This document shows, in pieces, positions 36,721-49,989 of a DNA stretch of 60,000 nt (its first letter is position 1; every line of letters begins with the position of its first letter). The position numbers and the translations under genes are program-made. The stretch spans positions 71,922,001-71,982,000 of the forward strand of contig CM052817.1 in assembly GCA_028534125.1 (NCBI GenBank), read 5' to 3'. The notes under the pieces are model-generated. The model ran no database searches. It saw only the letters and a list, made by a program, of their open reading frames with translations, and was not told the DNA's origin. The DNA is from Lama glama. Lineage: Eukaryota.

Positions 36721-39499
36721 CTTAATAATCATAAATACTGATAATTTATTAGGAGCTTAGTCAGAAGAAAAGTGTCTTAGACCCATTTGATGGTAAGCAA
36801 GTGATAGTTTGTGGGCAGCTGAAAGCTGTACAGTGGAAAAGATATTCAAAGAGCGTCTTGGTCCTAGCTCCCTAAGGCGTTCCATTCTTCCACTCTGAGT
36901 GAGCAGCGTGGAACCTGGAGGACATCTAGGTCTCCCTGCATTATCTGATCTAGACAAAATCGAACTGTGCCCTCAGTTCACCAATGACTTATGTAAGCCC
37001 TCAATCTTTCCATGATTTCTGAAGAACTTCCACCTGAAGATTTATACTTTCATAATCCTTTTTCCTGTGAGCTGTCTTCACCTAGCAGAGTGTCTAGCAA
37101 GGCAAGAAAACTGAAGACTTCTCAAGTACCCCAAAAGAATATCCACAGATTAGGGAAAGATGTAAAATTTACTGAATATTTTGTGGGAAGGCAAACCATG
37201 ATGAAACTCCAGTTTAGTGATTCTTATTCACCAAGTCCCTCAAGGTGTTGCTATTATGCAGGGTTCTCTCTCTCCCTCTTTACCAAGCACCTCCCTCCAG
37301 GTTACCTCTTCTTCGCTTCAGGGATCCCCCAATATTTTGGAAAATGATTACACATTTTCTGGCTTATACTCCCAAACTCCCATTTAGACATTCATCAAAG
37401 TATTCAGTTGAGCAATGGCCTTCTATAACATAATTCATCCTGTCTAGAAAGGATTCAATGCTATAGATAGTGACACATTTCCTTATTATATTTGATTTAT
37501 GTATTTGGCAACATCCATCTTTTCTTGTATCTGTTTATTGAACAAGTGTTGATGAATGCAACCTATGGTCTAAGCACTTTCAGGCTTGGCTTTTAGGAAT
37601 ATGATGGAGTATCTGACCTCATGAATAAAAGATGATAAGGTTAACATCTGTATCTGTATGTATATATGGTTAATGAATACCTATTTCTGACATTTGTGTG
37701 GTGTTAAAAAGATTTCAGGATATAGTACTCAAAATTAAGGTACACTATAAAAAAAGCTTTGTCAGAGTTGGACTTAGATTTTCAGCAGCACAATACTCAT
37801 GCTCCAGTCCTCCCACTGAAGTCAAAGATCAGGGTAAAAACCTGCAGGATATGGTGATGGAGAGCAGTAGCTGGAAGTTGGGTCTCTGATTGACGTCCAC
37901 AATCCAACAACTTTTTGGGACCACTTTTCTCATGAAAATAACCATAATAGATAAAGTTAATTGAAATGATGAATGGATGAAGAGGATGAGTCATGGTTAC
38001 CAAAAATAAAAGTGCTGAGTTGTTGGTGAGGTACAAAAATAATTAGTAACACATTTAAAATTGCTGACACTCCCTAAACACTTTCAGCTGGTTCTTTGGT
38101 GTGCACTGTAGGGAACTTGATAATGAAACTCATTTCGCGTTAAGTAGGGTCCAAAGTGTTCTTTGGCCTGGTCTGATCCTTTCTCCTTTCCTTCAAACTC
38201 ATTTGATAGATAAAGAGAGGAAAGGGAGGGATAGAGGTGTGCAAGGAGAGACCCTTTCCCCATACAGAAAGAAGAGAAGAAAACAAATGTAATTTTCAAT
38301 GATACATGTTCATATGTAATGAAGACTAAACTTCTTTCTTAAAAATGATCAACTTGGCCATTCTTTTTAAGCTCACAGCTTCCTTCCATCTCTGAGCTAA
38401 AAAAAAAAAAAAAAAAAGACAAACAAATTCAAGTATGGTGACAATTTCAGAGGATCTACCTTGATCTTAAAGTGAAAAACTGTGTAATACTAAGGACTAA
38501 TTTCACAAAATCTACTAGAACAAAAGTAGTTCATCTCTAATCAAAAAATTACTTCACACATATATTCTCTTGATTATGTTCTAGATCATAGGCCTTAAAT
38601 ATGACTCAATAAGTATGTGAACATTAAAAGTTAAAATGAAACACCTGCAACCAATAATTCATTACACCCATTTAGTTGGTCTAAAAAAATGTGGACCCAG
38701 AAATATTTCCACTTACCTGTGACACTGTTTTTATGAACTGAGAGGAGATAGTTAGATTCAATAATTTAAGCCTTCAAATAAAAATTTTAAAGTTTTCTTT
38801 TTCACAGTCTATTGAGAGATAAAATATTGATTTTTCTTCAGTGGGTGTAGAAGTTGGATACGCTACTACTCCAGAGACGAAAAGAAAAAAGGCCCCTTAG
38901 TTTTACTTAAGCTCATTCTGTTTTGGCTGTTATCTACATAGTCCTCTGCATTCTTGAGTCACATTGATTATTTATACTCAATAAATCAAAGCCATTGTCT
39001 TCAGTAATTTGACAAGTTCTGCAAAAGTTTGACGGACATGGGTCTTTGTGTGCAAAACTGATATACAGCTGATATACATTTTATGGATAAATTCAGCATT
39101 ATATGAGAATTCTGAGATGGGCCTTCAAACTCATTGTTAATATTTGTCCAGTCGAGGGAGGTCTTATATAGGTAAGGAAATACTATTCCCAAGTTGACCT
39201 GCTGACTTCTGAGTTTGTCACTTGGGCCTCTGTAGTGAATATTTGTTGATTTTGGCATCACATATCCAATTACCCCACCTCTGGTAACATATGTTGATGT
39301 TTGTTTAAGGATCAACTTTTCCCCCATTTTTAGTCTACCCACTTAGAATTTACTCCACCACTGATTCTAGGTGTGTGGTTTGTGAGTCCAGGCTTAACTC
39401 GGAGCTTTGCCTTCCCCAGCCACCATGCTTAGCATGAGCACATGATCCAATCTGAGATGGTAAGATACAAATAGAATTTTGCAGATGATTGTGTAAAAT

Positions 39500-39730
39500 T
39501 TCTTCCTGCAGGACTTCAATCTGAAAGGATGAAGCCAACAAGATACAGGCAGAGTTGAATAATGTAGAGAAATGTTATCCTGATGACATTGCCTGAGCCT
39601 TGAACCCAGACATACCCCAAACAACTCCTACCTATAGACTTCAGTTTCAGGAGCCAATACATTTCCTTTTTGTGTAAACCAACTGGGTCAGGTTTTCTGT
39701 CACTAGCCACCAAAAAAGTTCTAACTGACA
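39500..39730 (+). mobile_element. ERVL-MaLR LTR 3' part (MLT1K/L-like)
   Basis: 'gagccaatacatttcctttttg...gggtcaggttttctgtcactagccaccaaaaaagttctaactgaca'. Confidence 0.75.
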
Positions 39731-39947
39731 TAGCTTTTTATTTTATTATTTTCATTTTTTAATTTTTTTAAACCTCCAGGACAAACTTGAGTGACTGGAT
39801 GGCGGGCTTGTCTATACACAGACCCAGTGATTTCATCTTCCCCAAGTTGCTCACACTCACAGAGACATGTTCTGATGTTTTTTCTTTACTCAGATGACAC
39901 TTTTTTCACATAAAGAATCTTCTACACTAAGGAAAGCTTTATAATAG

Positions 39948-40334
39948 TGTCATGCACTGAATTCTGTTGCCCCCCTGCCAAATCCATACGTTGAAGTCCT
40001 GAATCCCAGTACCTCAGTGAGATCTTGTTTGGACATAGAGTCTTATTTGGATGGGTAATCTGGTGAAAATGATGTCATCAGGGTAGCCCCCAATCCAATA
40101 TGAATGGTATCAGTATAAACGGGAAATTTGGAATCGGACACACCAATGGGGAGACGAGACACAGAAAGAAGATGGCCATCAAGAAAGGGGCCTGGGACAC
40201 ATCCTTCCCTCACAGTCCTCAGAAGGAGCTAACCCTGCTGACACCTTGATCTCAGACTTCTAGCCTCCAGGACAGTGAGACAATAAATTTCTGCTGTACT
40301 ATTTTTGGGTACTTTGTTATGGCAGCCTAATGCA
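39948..40334 (+). mobile_element. ERVL-MaLR solo LTR (MLT1A/B-like)
   Basis: Starts with TG; 'gttgaagtcctgaatcccagtacctcag...gctgacaccttgatctcagacttctagcctccagg...aataaatttctg...gttatggcagcc'. Confidence 0.88.
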
Positions 40335-41023
40335 ATGGGTAAAGGCGCTCACTTTGAAACCAGAGTGAAATAAATTCTTTTAAAAGTATAATTATACTTG
40401 CTGGAATCTGACATAACTTTTACCACAAATTGTTGCTATTTGTAGAGCTAGAAATTGATTTAACAAGCACCTGGGAAAATCAATGGTGGCAGAGTTATCA
40501 ACTAAATCCAGTAAGAGATGCAATATATTTAATATTCAAAGCCGATTTCAGGGATGATTGCTTTTAGAAAGAAAAGAAATAGATCATATTTTTAGCAGGT
40601 GTGACAATTTGTGTTTATTTTGATAAGATACTTAGAAAATTACTGTGATGTGATATGGCATTTTACGCTTTTAAAAAACATTTATCTTTTGTAAATCCTT
40701 CACTAAAAGACATTAAAGAAGTTTCAGGAAAATCCCAATATTTGCACATTTTCATTGTTGCCTTCTTAAAATTTGTCATGAAATCATCAGTGAAAATTAA
40801 TAAATTTTCATTAATTGCAGTAGTCCTAAAGCACTTAATTTCTTCTGTGGAACTATGACATAAAATACCAAAACGTAAGTTAAGTTCCTACTTAAAGCCA
40901 AGACTCTTTAAGTTTAAATTCTGGACTCCCAACCAAAGATTTGGAGCCAGAGATAGACTAATTATCTGAAAGAAAGCAAAATTCTTTGCTGAAGTGGAGG
41001 AATATCCCTGCCTTTCACATATA

Positions 41024-41521
41024 CCAACTAATCTCAGACTTATAATAGTTTGACTTAAGATTTTTCGACTTTACCATGGCATGAAAGCAACACACATTCA
41101 ATGGAAACTGTACTTCAGATTTTGAATTTGGATCTTTTCCAGGGCTGGTGACATGTACACGATTCTCCCTCTTGATGCTGAGCAGCAGCCGCTGCTCCTA
41201 GTCAGCCACGGGATCACGACAGCAAACAACTGATACACTTACAACCATTCTGTACCCAGACAATCATTCTGTTTTTCATTTTCAGTGGAGAATTGAATAC
41301 ATTATATGGAATATTCAACATTTTATTATAAAATAGGCTTGTGTTAGATGCTTTTGCCCAATTATAGGCTAAAATAAGTGTTCCGAGCACATTTAAGGTA
41401 GGCTAGGCTCAGCTATGATGTTCAGTAGATTAGTGTGTTAACTGCATTTTCCACTTACTGTACTTTCAACTTGTGATAGATTTATCAGGACATGGCCCTA
41501 TGGTAAGTGGAGGAAGATCTG
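41024..41521 (-). mobile_element. TcMar-Tigger element (MER47/Tigger5 family)
   Basis: 'ttattataaaataggcttgtgttagatg...gagcacatttaaggtaggctaggctcagctatgatgttc...gtaagtggaggaagatctg', flanked by TA on both sides. Confidence 0.85.
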
Positions 41522-42200
41522 TATGAATCTCCATACACATGCGCAGAGAGACAGACACACACATGCACAGAGCACTACATAAGATCTATGTTTAAATGAG
41601 CATATTTGAGAGGTCAGAGACAAATCTTTCACCACAGATTGCATGTGGTACCTCCAAACTAAGTGGGTAAATTTTTAAGTAGGCTAATCAATGGAAACTG
41701 TGTGAAAATATAAACTCTTCCTTTCTAGTGATTCAGTGCAATGACTCAATCAATTCTGCATTGTTTACTTGAACTCCCACACGTTTTACAGTGTCTATCT
41801 TGGTGTTGGATGAAGGAGCAAAGAAAATGCTGTTTTAAAGAAACGTTACACACTTAGTTCATGACAGGGAGTGATAGAGATAAATAATTACTGCCCTTTT
41901 GCCCCTCCCCTTCAAATAGCAAAATCCCACCCATAAGAAAAATTGATTTTTTAAGAATAAAAGATGTTACTGTTTGTCCTTTCCATCTGAACTGCAGGAT
42001 ATTGCCACAGTCTCAATTTATACTACATATAATTTTACAGGAATATTTCATCTAAAATCTTTGTGGAAATTTTTAGGAAAAAGAAGTTAGGCCAATAGAC
42101 AATGAAATGCTTGCTCTTCATTTTTTAACATTTGCAAGTTCAGAGAGAAAATTTTTCAGCATGATGTGATCCATTTTCTCTATCATTTATTCTATTTCAG

Positions 42201-42290
42201 GGCTTGAGGTTGATCATTTTCAAACATTCTGCATTATTTTCAAAGATTTGTCTTAGAGCCAGGCTGAATAGAGAAGGCAGAATTGTCCAG
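42201..42290 (+). other. Candidate 90-nt cassette exon (phase 0 open: GLRLIIFKHSALFSKICLRARLNREGRIVQ)
   Basis: Long pyrimidine tract ending tttcag, donor CAG|gtgaga, length divisible by 3. Peptide not recognised. Confidence 0.3.
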
Positions 42291-43579
42291 GTGAGAAGCA
42301 TTAACACCTCATTAAACAAGTTTCTAATTTTATTTTTAACACATTGTTGTGCACCTTACTCCCTGCATAATATTGGCCTGATCACTTAATGTTTTAAGTA
42401 TGTCCTTTTAAAAAGAAAAAAAAAAAACAGTGTCCTTCTTCACTTCTCATACTTTTGTTTTCCTCCGGCGGCTGTACAACTTCATAAAGCATATAGCCGG
42501 GCTTAAATGCACCCTCCTACTCCCCCCACACGATGACAAGAACAATACTACTTAAAGAAAGTATTCTTTTACTAGAAGTTTCTGAGCCTGACTAAAGGAA
42601 AGTTTCTATATAAAATACTAGACACCCACCACAATTTTTTCCATCTGAATTCCATTTCTTTTTGGTGTACCTTGTGTGTGCGTGCGCCTGCGCACATCCA
42701 CTGTGAACTGGAATTACGGAAGCAGGCATCAAAAGGTCAAGCGATTGCCATAATTTTTCATTCTCTCTTCTTATATTCATATTTTCCCCAAATACTCTAC
42801 TGCTCTTAGTTCTATTGATCTTGATTTTTCCCATTACTTTTTTCCCCCAATTAATTGAAAATATGTGGAATTCTGATTCTGTTGTATTCCTTCTCTTCTT
42901 TTTTGAGATTTTTTTTTTTTATTGCTAGAAAGGACTTCTATCTTATCCAGCTGCAAACTTAAATAAGCTCTCTATTTCTCTAGGTCGCTGATGGCAAATG
43001 TTAAACAAATTTACATTTGGGATTTTCTATTCATTTCCCACCCAGTTGACACTGAGCCAATGATAACCGCTCATTAACTGTGCAGCTCTGGATCATTTGT
43101 GTGACCCAGACCGTGTTTCTAGGTGGCTGATGACTCTATCACGCAAGGCAGAATCAAAAGCCTTGCTGAAGCCACGACAGATACTATCTCCTGTATCCCT
43201 CTGCGTTCCAAGAGCTCCTTAGAAAAATGTGAAAAAGTTTTCACTGTGATCAATCTAGGTGTTAAATACATTTTTTTTTTGCACAAGTTTCTGTAAGATG
43301 GAACTTGATGATCCTGTACAGATGAAATGGGTAGGCACATTTTCTCTTTCTGGTCACTTTGGGTTCATTCTGTAGCAGTGTGGTTCTCTTGTGATGAATT
43401 TCTTCTCAAGCTCTCAGGAGAATTTAGATTCAATTTTTGGTAGTTTAAAATATTAAAATTATTAAACCGTGACTGATAAGTCACTAAACTGATTAAAGTG
43501 AGGAATTAACCTCTGCCCCAGAAGAGAGACAACTTCCAACAGTCAATGCAAGGATCCTGACAGGTTGTCAGGACACTTG

Positions 43580-43770
43580 GGTCCTGTTGTCAGTTACATC
43601 CAAAGCTCATTATTCCGTGTTCTTGGGCAACATCCACTACCTCTGTCTCAATTTCTTCACCTGTAAAGTGACAATAACACATGTTTTACTAAATGTGAAG
43701 AGGTTTTCTACTATCAAATTAAATAAAATATGTGTAAGTTGTTTTGACACTCTGAAACACTTAACTACAT
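43580..43770 (+). mobile_element. MIR SINE
   Basis: 'gtgttcttgggcaacatccactacctctgtctcaatttcttcacctgtaaagtg'. Confidence 0.7.
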
Positions 43771-44153
43771 GAATCTAAGATATTTTACAATAATAATGAA
43801 TTAAACAATATATTTCACAAAGATAAAAATTTTTTAATTCTGAAAATTATGATTTCTACTTTGTAGTTGAAACCATGGCTTATAAAATAAATGTTAGTAT
43901 ATTGTGTGATACGTTGCCAAGAAATTTAAAAAATTTTCATTGATATGAATTAGATCATGCAGAAATGAAAACAATTATTTTGATAATTCAAGATAAAAAC
44001 TACTTTCAACCAAATTCTCCAAATTTCTTTTGTGTATTTGAAATTATTTCAGAGGACCAAAGAAAAATTTTGATGTTACCTATTAAGAAATAGAACTGTA
44101 CAATCAAATTATGCTTCTGTAAGAAGATGTGTGTGAAATTAAATGTTTTTGTA

Positions 44154-44328
44154 CAAACTACCAGTTATAAAATAAATAAATCACAGGTATGTAATGTACA
44201 GCACAGGGAATACAGTCCACATTTATAATAATTTTGTATGGTATATAATTTAGAAAAATATTGAATCACTATGTTGTACACCTGAAACTAATATAATTTT
44301 ATAAGTCAACTATATTTCAATTAAAAAT
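44154..44328 (+). mobile_element. Short L1 3' end
   Basis: 'gtaatgtacagcacagggaatacagtc...gaatcactatgttgtacacctgaaactaatataat'. TSD aaattaaatgtttttgta (44136-44153) / aaattaaatatttttgta (44329-44346). Confidence 0.9.
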
Positions 44329-45889
44329 AAATTAAATATTTTTGTATTATTAAATTGTGCTCTGAAAAAGTTTTAACTTGTGTTATTATTTGATCAAGTT
44401 AATGTGTAGCCACATCCATAGAACACATTTCCTTTGAAGGAATTCAGAAGCATGAATTAATGTTATTTTTCAGATCTCATTTATTTCCTAACATCCCCTT
44501 GGAAAAACTACTTCTAGAATAGGAAGAAAGCAAATAAGGGGCGGTAGAATTACATTTTTACTTTATGACCTTTCCTACTGTTTACTTTATATCGCATATT
44601 GCTGAAACAAGCTGAACAGTGATAGGAAATATTTTGGGGGGTGGAAAATGAAGGTGTGGGAATTGGGCAGCTGGTGGGACTTTAACAATTTTGCCCATTA
44701 AGTGTACTACCTACTCTGAAAATGCAAAATCAGACTTCCCTAAAACTCAGAACTCTTCATATGCTGAAGAAACATGCTTGATATCAACCCGAATTTGTTT
44801 TTCTTTATTTATGAGTCCTAAATTTTGCTTGAATTTTGGCTTTTTCCTTGAAAATTTATTGCATTTTCTTCATCTAATACAATTTTTTTTGAAACTGCCA
44901 GTGTCTCTGTTCATGCATCTGGAAGTGAAAATGTTGTAATGGCCACTATTACATTTGCTTTATAGGGGAAGGGGAAACAAAAGCTTGGGATTCATAATTA
45001 CTTCTGACATATTTCTCCCTTTGAGTACTGTTAGTTTTTTCCAAATGCTCATTTATAAACATGTTATTGCAGTCATATTATTGGATAGTCAGTAATCTTA
45101 TAAATTATATAAATAAATTTAAAAGCTCTGTAAAAACAATGAAAGTTGTTTTTCTTCTATTTTAGCGAAACAATTCGTAACTGATTATTTCAAATAAAAG
45201 AACTAAGTGAACAGGGTAACATTTATAATAATAAGAAACTCTGTAATGCTGCCTCCCAAGGGGTTAGCAGCAAAGTTACTCATGAAACTCCTTTGGCTTT
45301 TTTGGAGAAGACTTTCATAATTTAGTGTCATATACGGCAGAACAGAAATGAGATGAATAAGCACCTTCTTGGTCCATGAAATTAATTTCTCATCCCCTTC
45401 TAGTAGCATTGTAGATGAATGTGCTTACAATAATTATAAACATCAAATAATCTGAGGCAGTCGTAGCGATTTAAAGATTTCCTGAGCATCCAAATGCGTG
45501 TTCTGATAGTCTGTAATAGCTCTTGGTAGTACAGAAATGTATGTAAGTAAACAGATGAACATGCTTTTGCACCTGAGACTTTATAATTTAAAGACAGGTA
45601 ATGAAGGAGACAGGTAGATGATTAAAAAAAATAACATTGATAATGAATCTATCTTCCACATAGATGTGTCATAGTAAAAAAAAATTTTTTAAATGAAGAA
45701 CATTGTGAGCAGACAGGAACACAGGTCAGTGCCAGACACAATCTTGGTATAACCACTGATTTCCCACCATCACTAAGCAAAGGGAAGCAATACTAGGATT
45801 ATGGATGATGACTGGTTATTTTTAAGAATTTTTTTTCTAATTACTAACTAAATAATTAGACCAAAAAATATTTCCCTTGGTTTCCTCCC

Positions 45890-46355
45890 AGATGCTGAGG
45901 CTGGTCACTGAGTAGGATGCTGACAGATGGACGTGGGAGCTCAGGGCCATCCCACTGGACCCAGCTTTACCTTCTCCCCTTAGCTGCAGTGCTCAAATTC
46001 CCACCAGTGAAAACTGGGATTGGCATTTGGAGAGCCTACACCCGGCATCTCTGTGTGACTTGGCTTCCTCCCAGTGTGACAGCTACAGAGTAGCTGAATT
46101 TCTTGCATCATTGCCCATGGCTCCAAGACCAAGTTTTCCAAATAACAAGGAGGTAGCTGGGTCTCCTTTTCTGACCTAGTTTTGGAAGCCATGTGGTATC
46201 ACGTCTACCTCATTTGTTTAGTTGTGACTCAAAAGCCCATCCAGATTCAAGGGAAGGGGACATAGACTTAACTTCTTAAAGAGTTAACATTGTACATGAA
46301 CAAGAGGGATGGGAAACATTGTTATGACCATCTTTGGAAAACACAATCTATAGCA
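45890..46355 (-). mobile_element. ERVL-MaLR LTR (MLT1G/H-like)
   Basis: 'gtgacttggcttcctcccag...ccttttctgacctagttttggaagcc...ccagattcaagggaaggggacatagac...catctttggaaaacacaatct'. Confidence 0.8.
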
Positions 46356-46501
46356 GTTTATGTAACTTGTTCTCTTTTTTATAGGTAGTCACTGCTGAGA
46401 TAATCTCTCAGTCCATAAATTTAATTATAAACCAATGAATGCCAAATTTATAACTGACTTCTACTCTGAGTTCGAAACATGAATATTCAGTTCTCTATTT
46501 G

Positions 46502-46617
46502 ACCAGTAGTATTCCCTGCTCCCCCACACCCAAGTCCTGATAATCAAAAATGTCTCCGGATATTATCAGATGTCTGTTCCTTGCGGGGAACATTGTTCCC
46601 AGTTGAAAGCCATTTGA
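46502..46617 (-). mobile_element. MER20 half element
   Basis: 'gataatcaaaaatgtctccggatattatcagatgtc...cccagttgaaagccatt'. Confidence 0.65.
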
Positions 46618-47659
46618 CTAAAGTGATTTTAATTGATTGGTAATGATGTTCTACTTACTAACATTAAAAAATTTAAATGGTTGCTTACGTGCCCTGTTTC
46701 AGGTTTGTTTCTTTGATTGTTTCAAATCTATAAACACACTTTAACGGAGGACTGATTTTGGAGTCCCACTGGTAACTATTATTTTTAAAAGCAGGAGTTG
46801 CTAGCATGATTTTCCTGGCTGGTATGAATGAAGCCACCGGGTAAGAGAAAGAGACACCATGCACTGTTATAATTAGTGTGTCTGTTTTAGGCTGCATATC
46901 GTTTTACAGAGCTTTGACCCATGTGTATTGAAAACAAAATAAAGACTTTAGGAACAAGAATTCAGTAATGAATGGTAGGATATTTTTGTCAAGATAAATT
47001 AATCTTTCTTTTGTGTGAATCCTTTTGCTTTAATGCATTCTCACTGAGCTTTCGTAGAAAATGTCCTACATGTTTATATTCTCCATACTATCTTTCTTTT
47101 ATTGTAAAATCCATAAAGTAAAGGGAATCAGTTTTCATGCTGTCTTTCAAAATACCGCACACTACGCTTCAGAATTATTTTTGCTGCTTCTGCTGATGAT
47201 AATGATGACAGTACAAAACCATATGCCAGATATAAATAGTGAAGTGACAGTTATAGTCTGCATACAATAGAATGGATCACTGGCTGCTTTGGGCTTCACT
47301 GGAGTCCTCCATAGTCACACAAAAGTGTGTACAGAGTGGGCCCTGAGAAGCTACTTGCAGAGTTTCTGGAAAGAACTGATGTGTTTTTCTAAAGGTTAGA
47401 AGCAGAAGAAATTATTCATTATTCATTATTCACTAGAAATGTGTTTCTAGCTTCCTTCTTAAAGGATAAATAGAATGGAGTGTTTTAATTTGGTGACTCT
47501 TTTCATGGTTGGTTGGGGTAGAGTTCTCATTTCTTTCTGAGCTAAAATTAAAGAAGCTAATCTCTACTATGTACTTTACATACAAATGTGAAATAAATAT
47601 GTAATATACATAATACATATGAAACTGATATATATTAAATATGTATATATATGTTCCTC

Positions 47660-47830
47660 ATTAGCTGGGTGTGTCTTTAGTTATGTTACTTAATATTTTT
47701 GTATAGTGTTAATTATAATAGGATTTATCTCATACAGTTGTTTTGAGTATGGTATGAGTAAAACATATAGTTAGTTAGAATGTTGCACACAGTTTATGCA
47801 CTCAATAAGCCTTGCTATGGTTACTATTAT
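47660..47830 (+). mobile_element. MIR SINE (degraded)
   Basis: 'tagctgggtgtgtctttagttatgttacttaa...tctcatacagttgttttgag...gcactcaataa'. Confidence 0.6.
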
Positions 47831-47879
47831 AGCCTTTCTCTCTCTCGCTTACACACATGCACACCTGTCATTTTTTTAA

Positions 47880-48210
47880 TTTATATGACAAGCATGTATT
47901 GAGTATTACTTAGGTGCTGGAATTATACTAGGTGGGCATTAGCCAAGTCAGCTTGGATCCTGTTCTCACGGAGCACGTGTTCCAATGAGGAAGGCAGATC
48001 AAAAACAATTTCACAGATAAATAAAAAGAACTGCAACTCATCATAAGAGCCAAGAAGGAAATCAGCAGGCAACCAAGGAAGAGAATAAGAAGAAGGACGT
48101 GAAGGGGAGGCACCGTTAGTGGGGTGGTGAGGGAATGCCTCTCTGGGAAAGTGGCATCAGGGTTGCGACCGGAGGGCTGGTGGGACTTAGCGTGTGACTG
48201 TGAGGGAAGA
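47880..48210 (-). mobile_element. L2 3' fragment
   Basis: 'caagcatgtattgagtattacttaggtgctgg...cctgttctcacggagcac...gcctctctgggaaagtggcatc'. Confidence 0.7.
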
Positions 48211-48659
48211 GTACAGGTAAGATGGCTTTGTCACCAAAAGACAGTGGCATGTCTTCCATTGTCTTGGTTCTCCATATCCCTTTTGCCAACACCCTAGGAA
48301 ATGGGGCTTAGAAATACATGCTGATGCTTTTTCACTGACTGACTTAATTACGGACTAACCATAAGTGGAGAACACCTCCAGACCACTGACTTTTATTTAG
48401 GTTTTGAGTTAGTTGGAGTTAGGGTTTGAGGAAGTCATCTGGGATATGAAAATAAAATCAGGGATTTGTAATAACAAAACCAGTAATTTAGAAATACGCT
48501 AAGCCTGACAAAATTCTCTCCCTGCTGGCAGCTGCAGCTGTCTGGGTCTCTAGGGGTGCATCTTACTTACTGAAGTGTGATTTGTTTCATTTTAAACTGA
48601 GCAAAACAAAACAACTCCAATGTCTTTGATTTTTTTTTAAAAGAAAAGATTATTTCTTT

Positions 48660-49870
48660 AGAATGGAAATAAAAATAATGTATGCACAAGATGTGCAGAA
48701 AGTTATGAGAACTAAAACTCACCCCCTCTTTTTTAGGCCACCACTTCTGTTCCCAGCAATCTCTGCAAAGGTAACCATTTAGGGCTCATATATAGTTTTT
48801 GTAGAAAATACAATTTCATCTATCAGCACAGATATTACATATGTGCATGTGTGTGTGTATGTATATATATGTGTATATATATACATATATATATATTTAA
48901 AGTCTTTGCAAATGGCATTGTATTATAAATGCTGATATATACCTTACTTTTTCATCTAATCAAACGGCTTACAGACCTTCTGTTTGCATCCGTAGACATA
49001 AACATCTTTTTTTAATGGCTGCACAATGTCCTGTCTTACGAGGGTGTCACAATATATTTTACACACTCTCATTAATAAGCCTTTGGATTATTTGCCTGCT
49101 TATTCTTACTATACACAATCCTGAAAGGAACATCTTAACCAGTGGGAACATCATTTTTTTCAGTAGAGTCAGTTCCTAATAGTGGAATTGTTCAGTCAAA
49201 CGATGCTTATTCATTGTTGATTTTGGTCATCATTACTAGATTGCACTAAAAAAAATTTACATCAATTAAAACTCTCTCAAAAGTGCCAGAATTCCTCAGA
49301 ACCTGTCTCCCCATAGTTGCATTAACACTGGATATTATTAAACTTCAAACATTTTGTCTGTCTGACAGATGAAAAGTTATCTGTGATTCACATTTCTTTA
49401 ATTATGAGTCAGGTTGAGAATCTTTTTGCAGATTATTGGCCATTTTGTTTCTATATCTGTGAATTGCCTGTTTACATTAACTGATCATTTTTTCATTATT
49501 TTCATTTTCATTTCCCCACCCCTTGGTCTTTTTCTTGCTAATTGAATAAACATGTAAATTGAAAAATTAGCTCTTTGACTATCAAAATATGATGCAAAGT
49601 TTTTTCTTTCTTTTTGCCATTGATCTTTTAGCTTTGTTTATATTTTTTGGCATTTTCCTTAACAGTTTCTCAGTTTTGTGTCATGTTTAGGAAGGCCTTT
49701 CACATTACAAAATTAAAGAAGTATTTCCCCATGTTTTCTCTTGATACTTTTATGGTTTCATTTTATAATTCAAAATCTTTGATCCATCTGGAATTTATTT
49801 TGACATAAGGACTCATTTTCTTTTCAAAATGATGAGGCAGTTGTCACCACATTATTTATTGAATAATATG
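48660..49870 (-). mobile_element. Old L1ME ORF2 end/3'UTR with an internal (TG)(TA) microsatellite at about 48848-48896
   Basis: 'gtggaattgttcagtcaaa', 'gagtcaggttgagaatctttttg...gtgaattgcctgttt', 'ctttgatccatctggaatttatttt'. Confidence 0.82.
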
Positions 49871-49989
49871 TAAGTGACTCATTATTATTTTAGTAAAATG
49901 TATTGGCTCAGATTTTGGGATCAGAAATAACAAATCCAAACTGTGGTTTGACTGTTCTTGCCCAGTCTTTAACATAGGGTTAATGCTCC

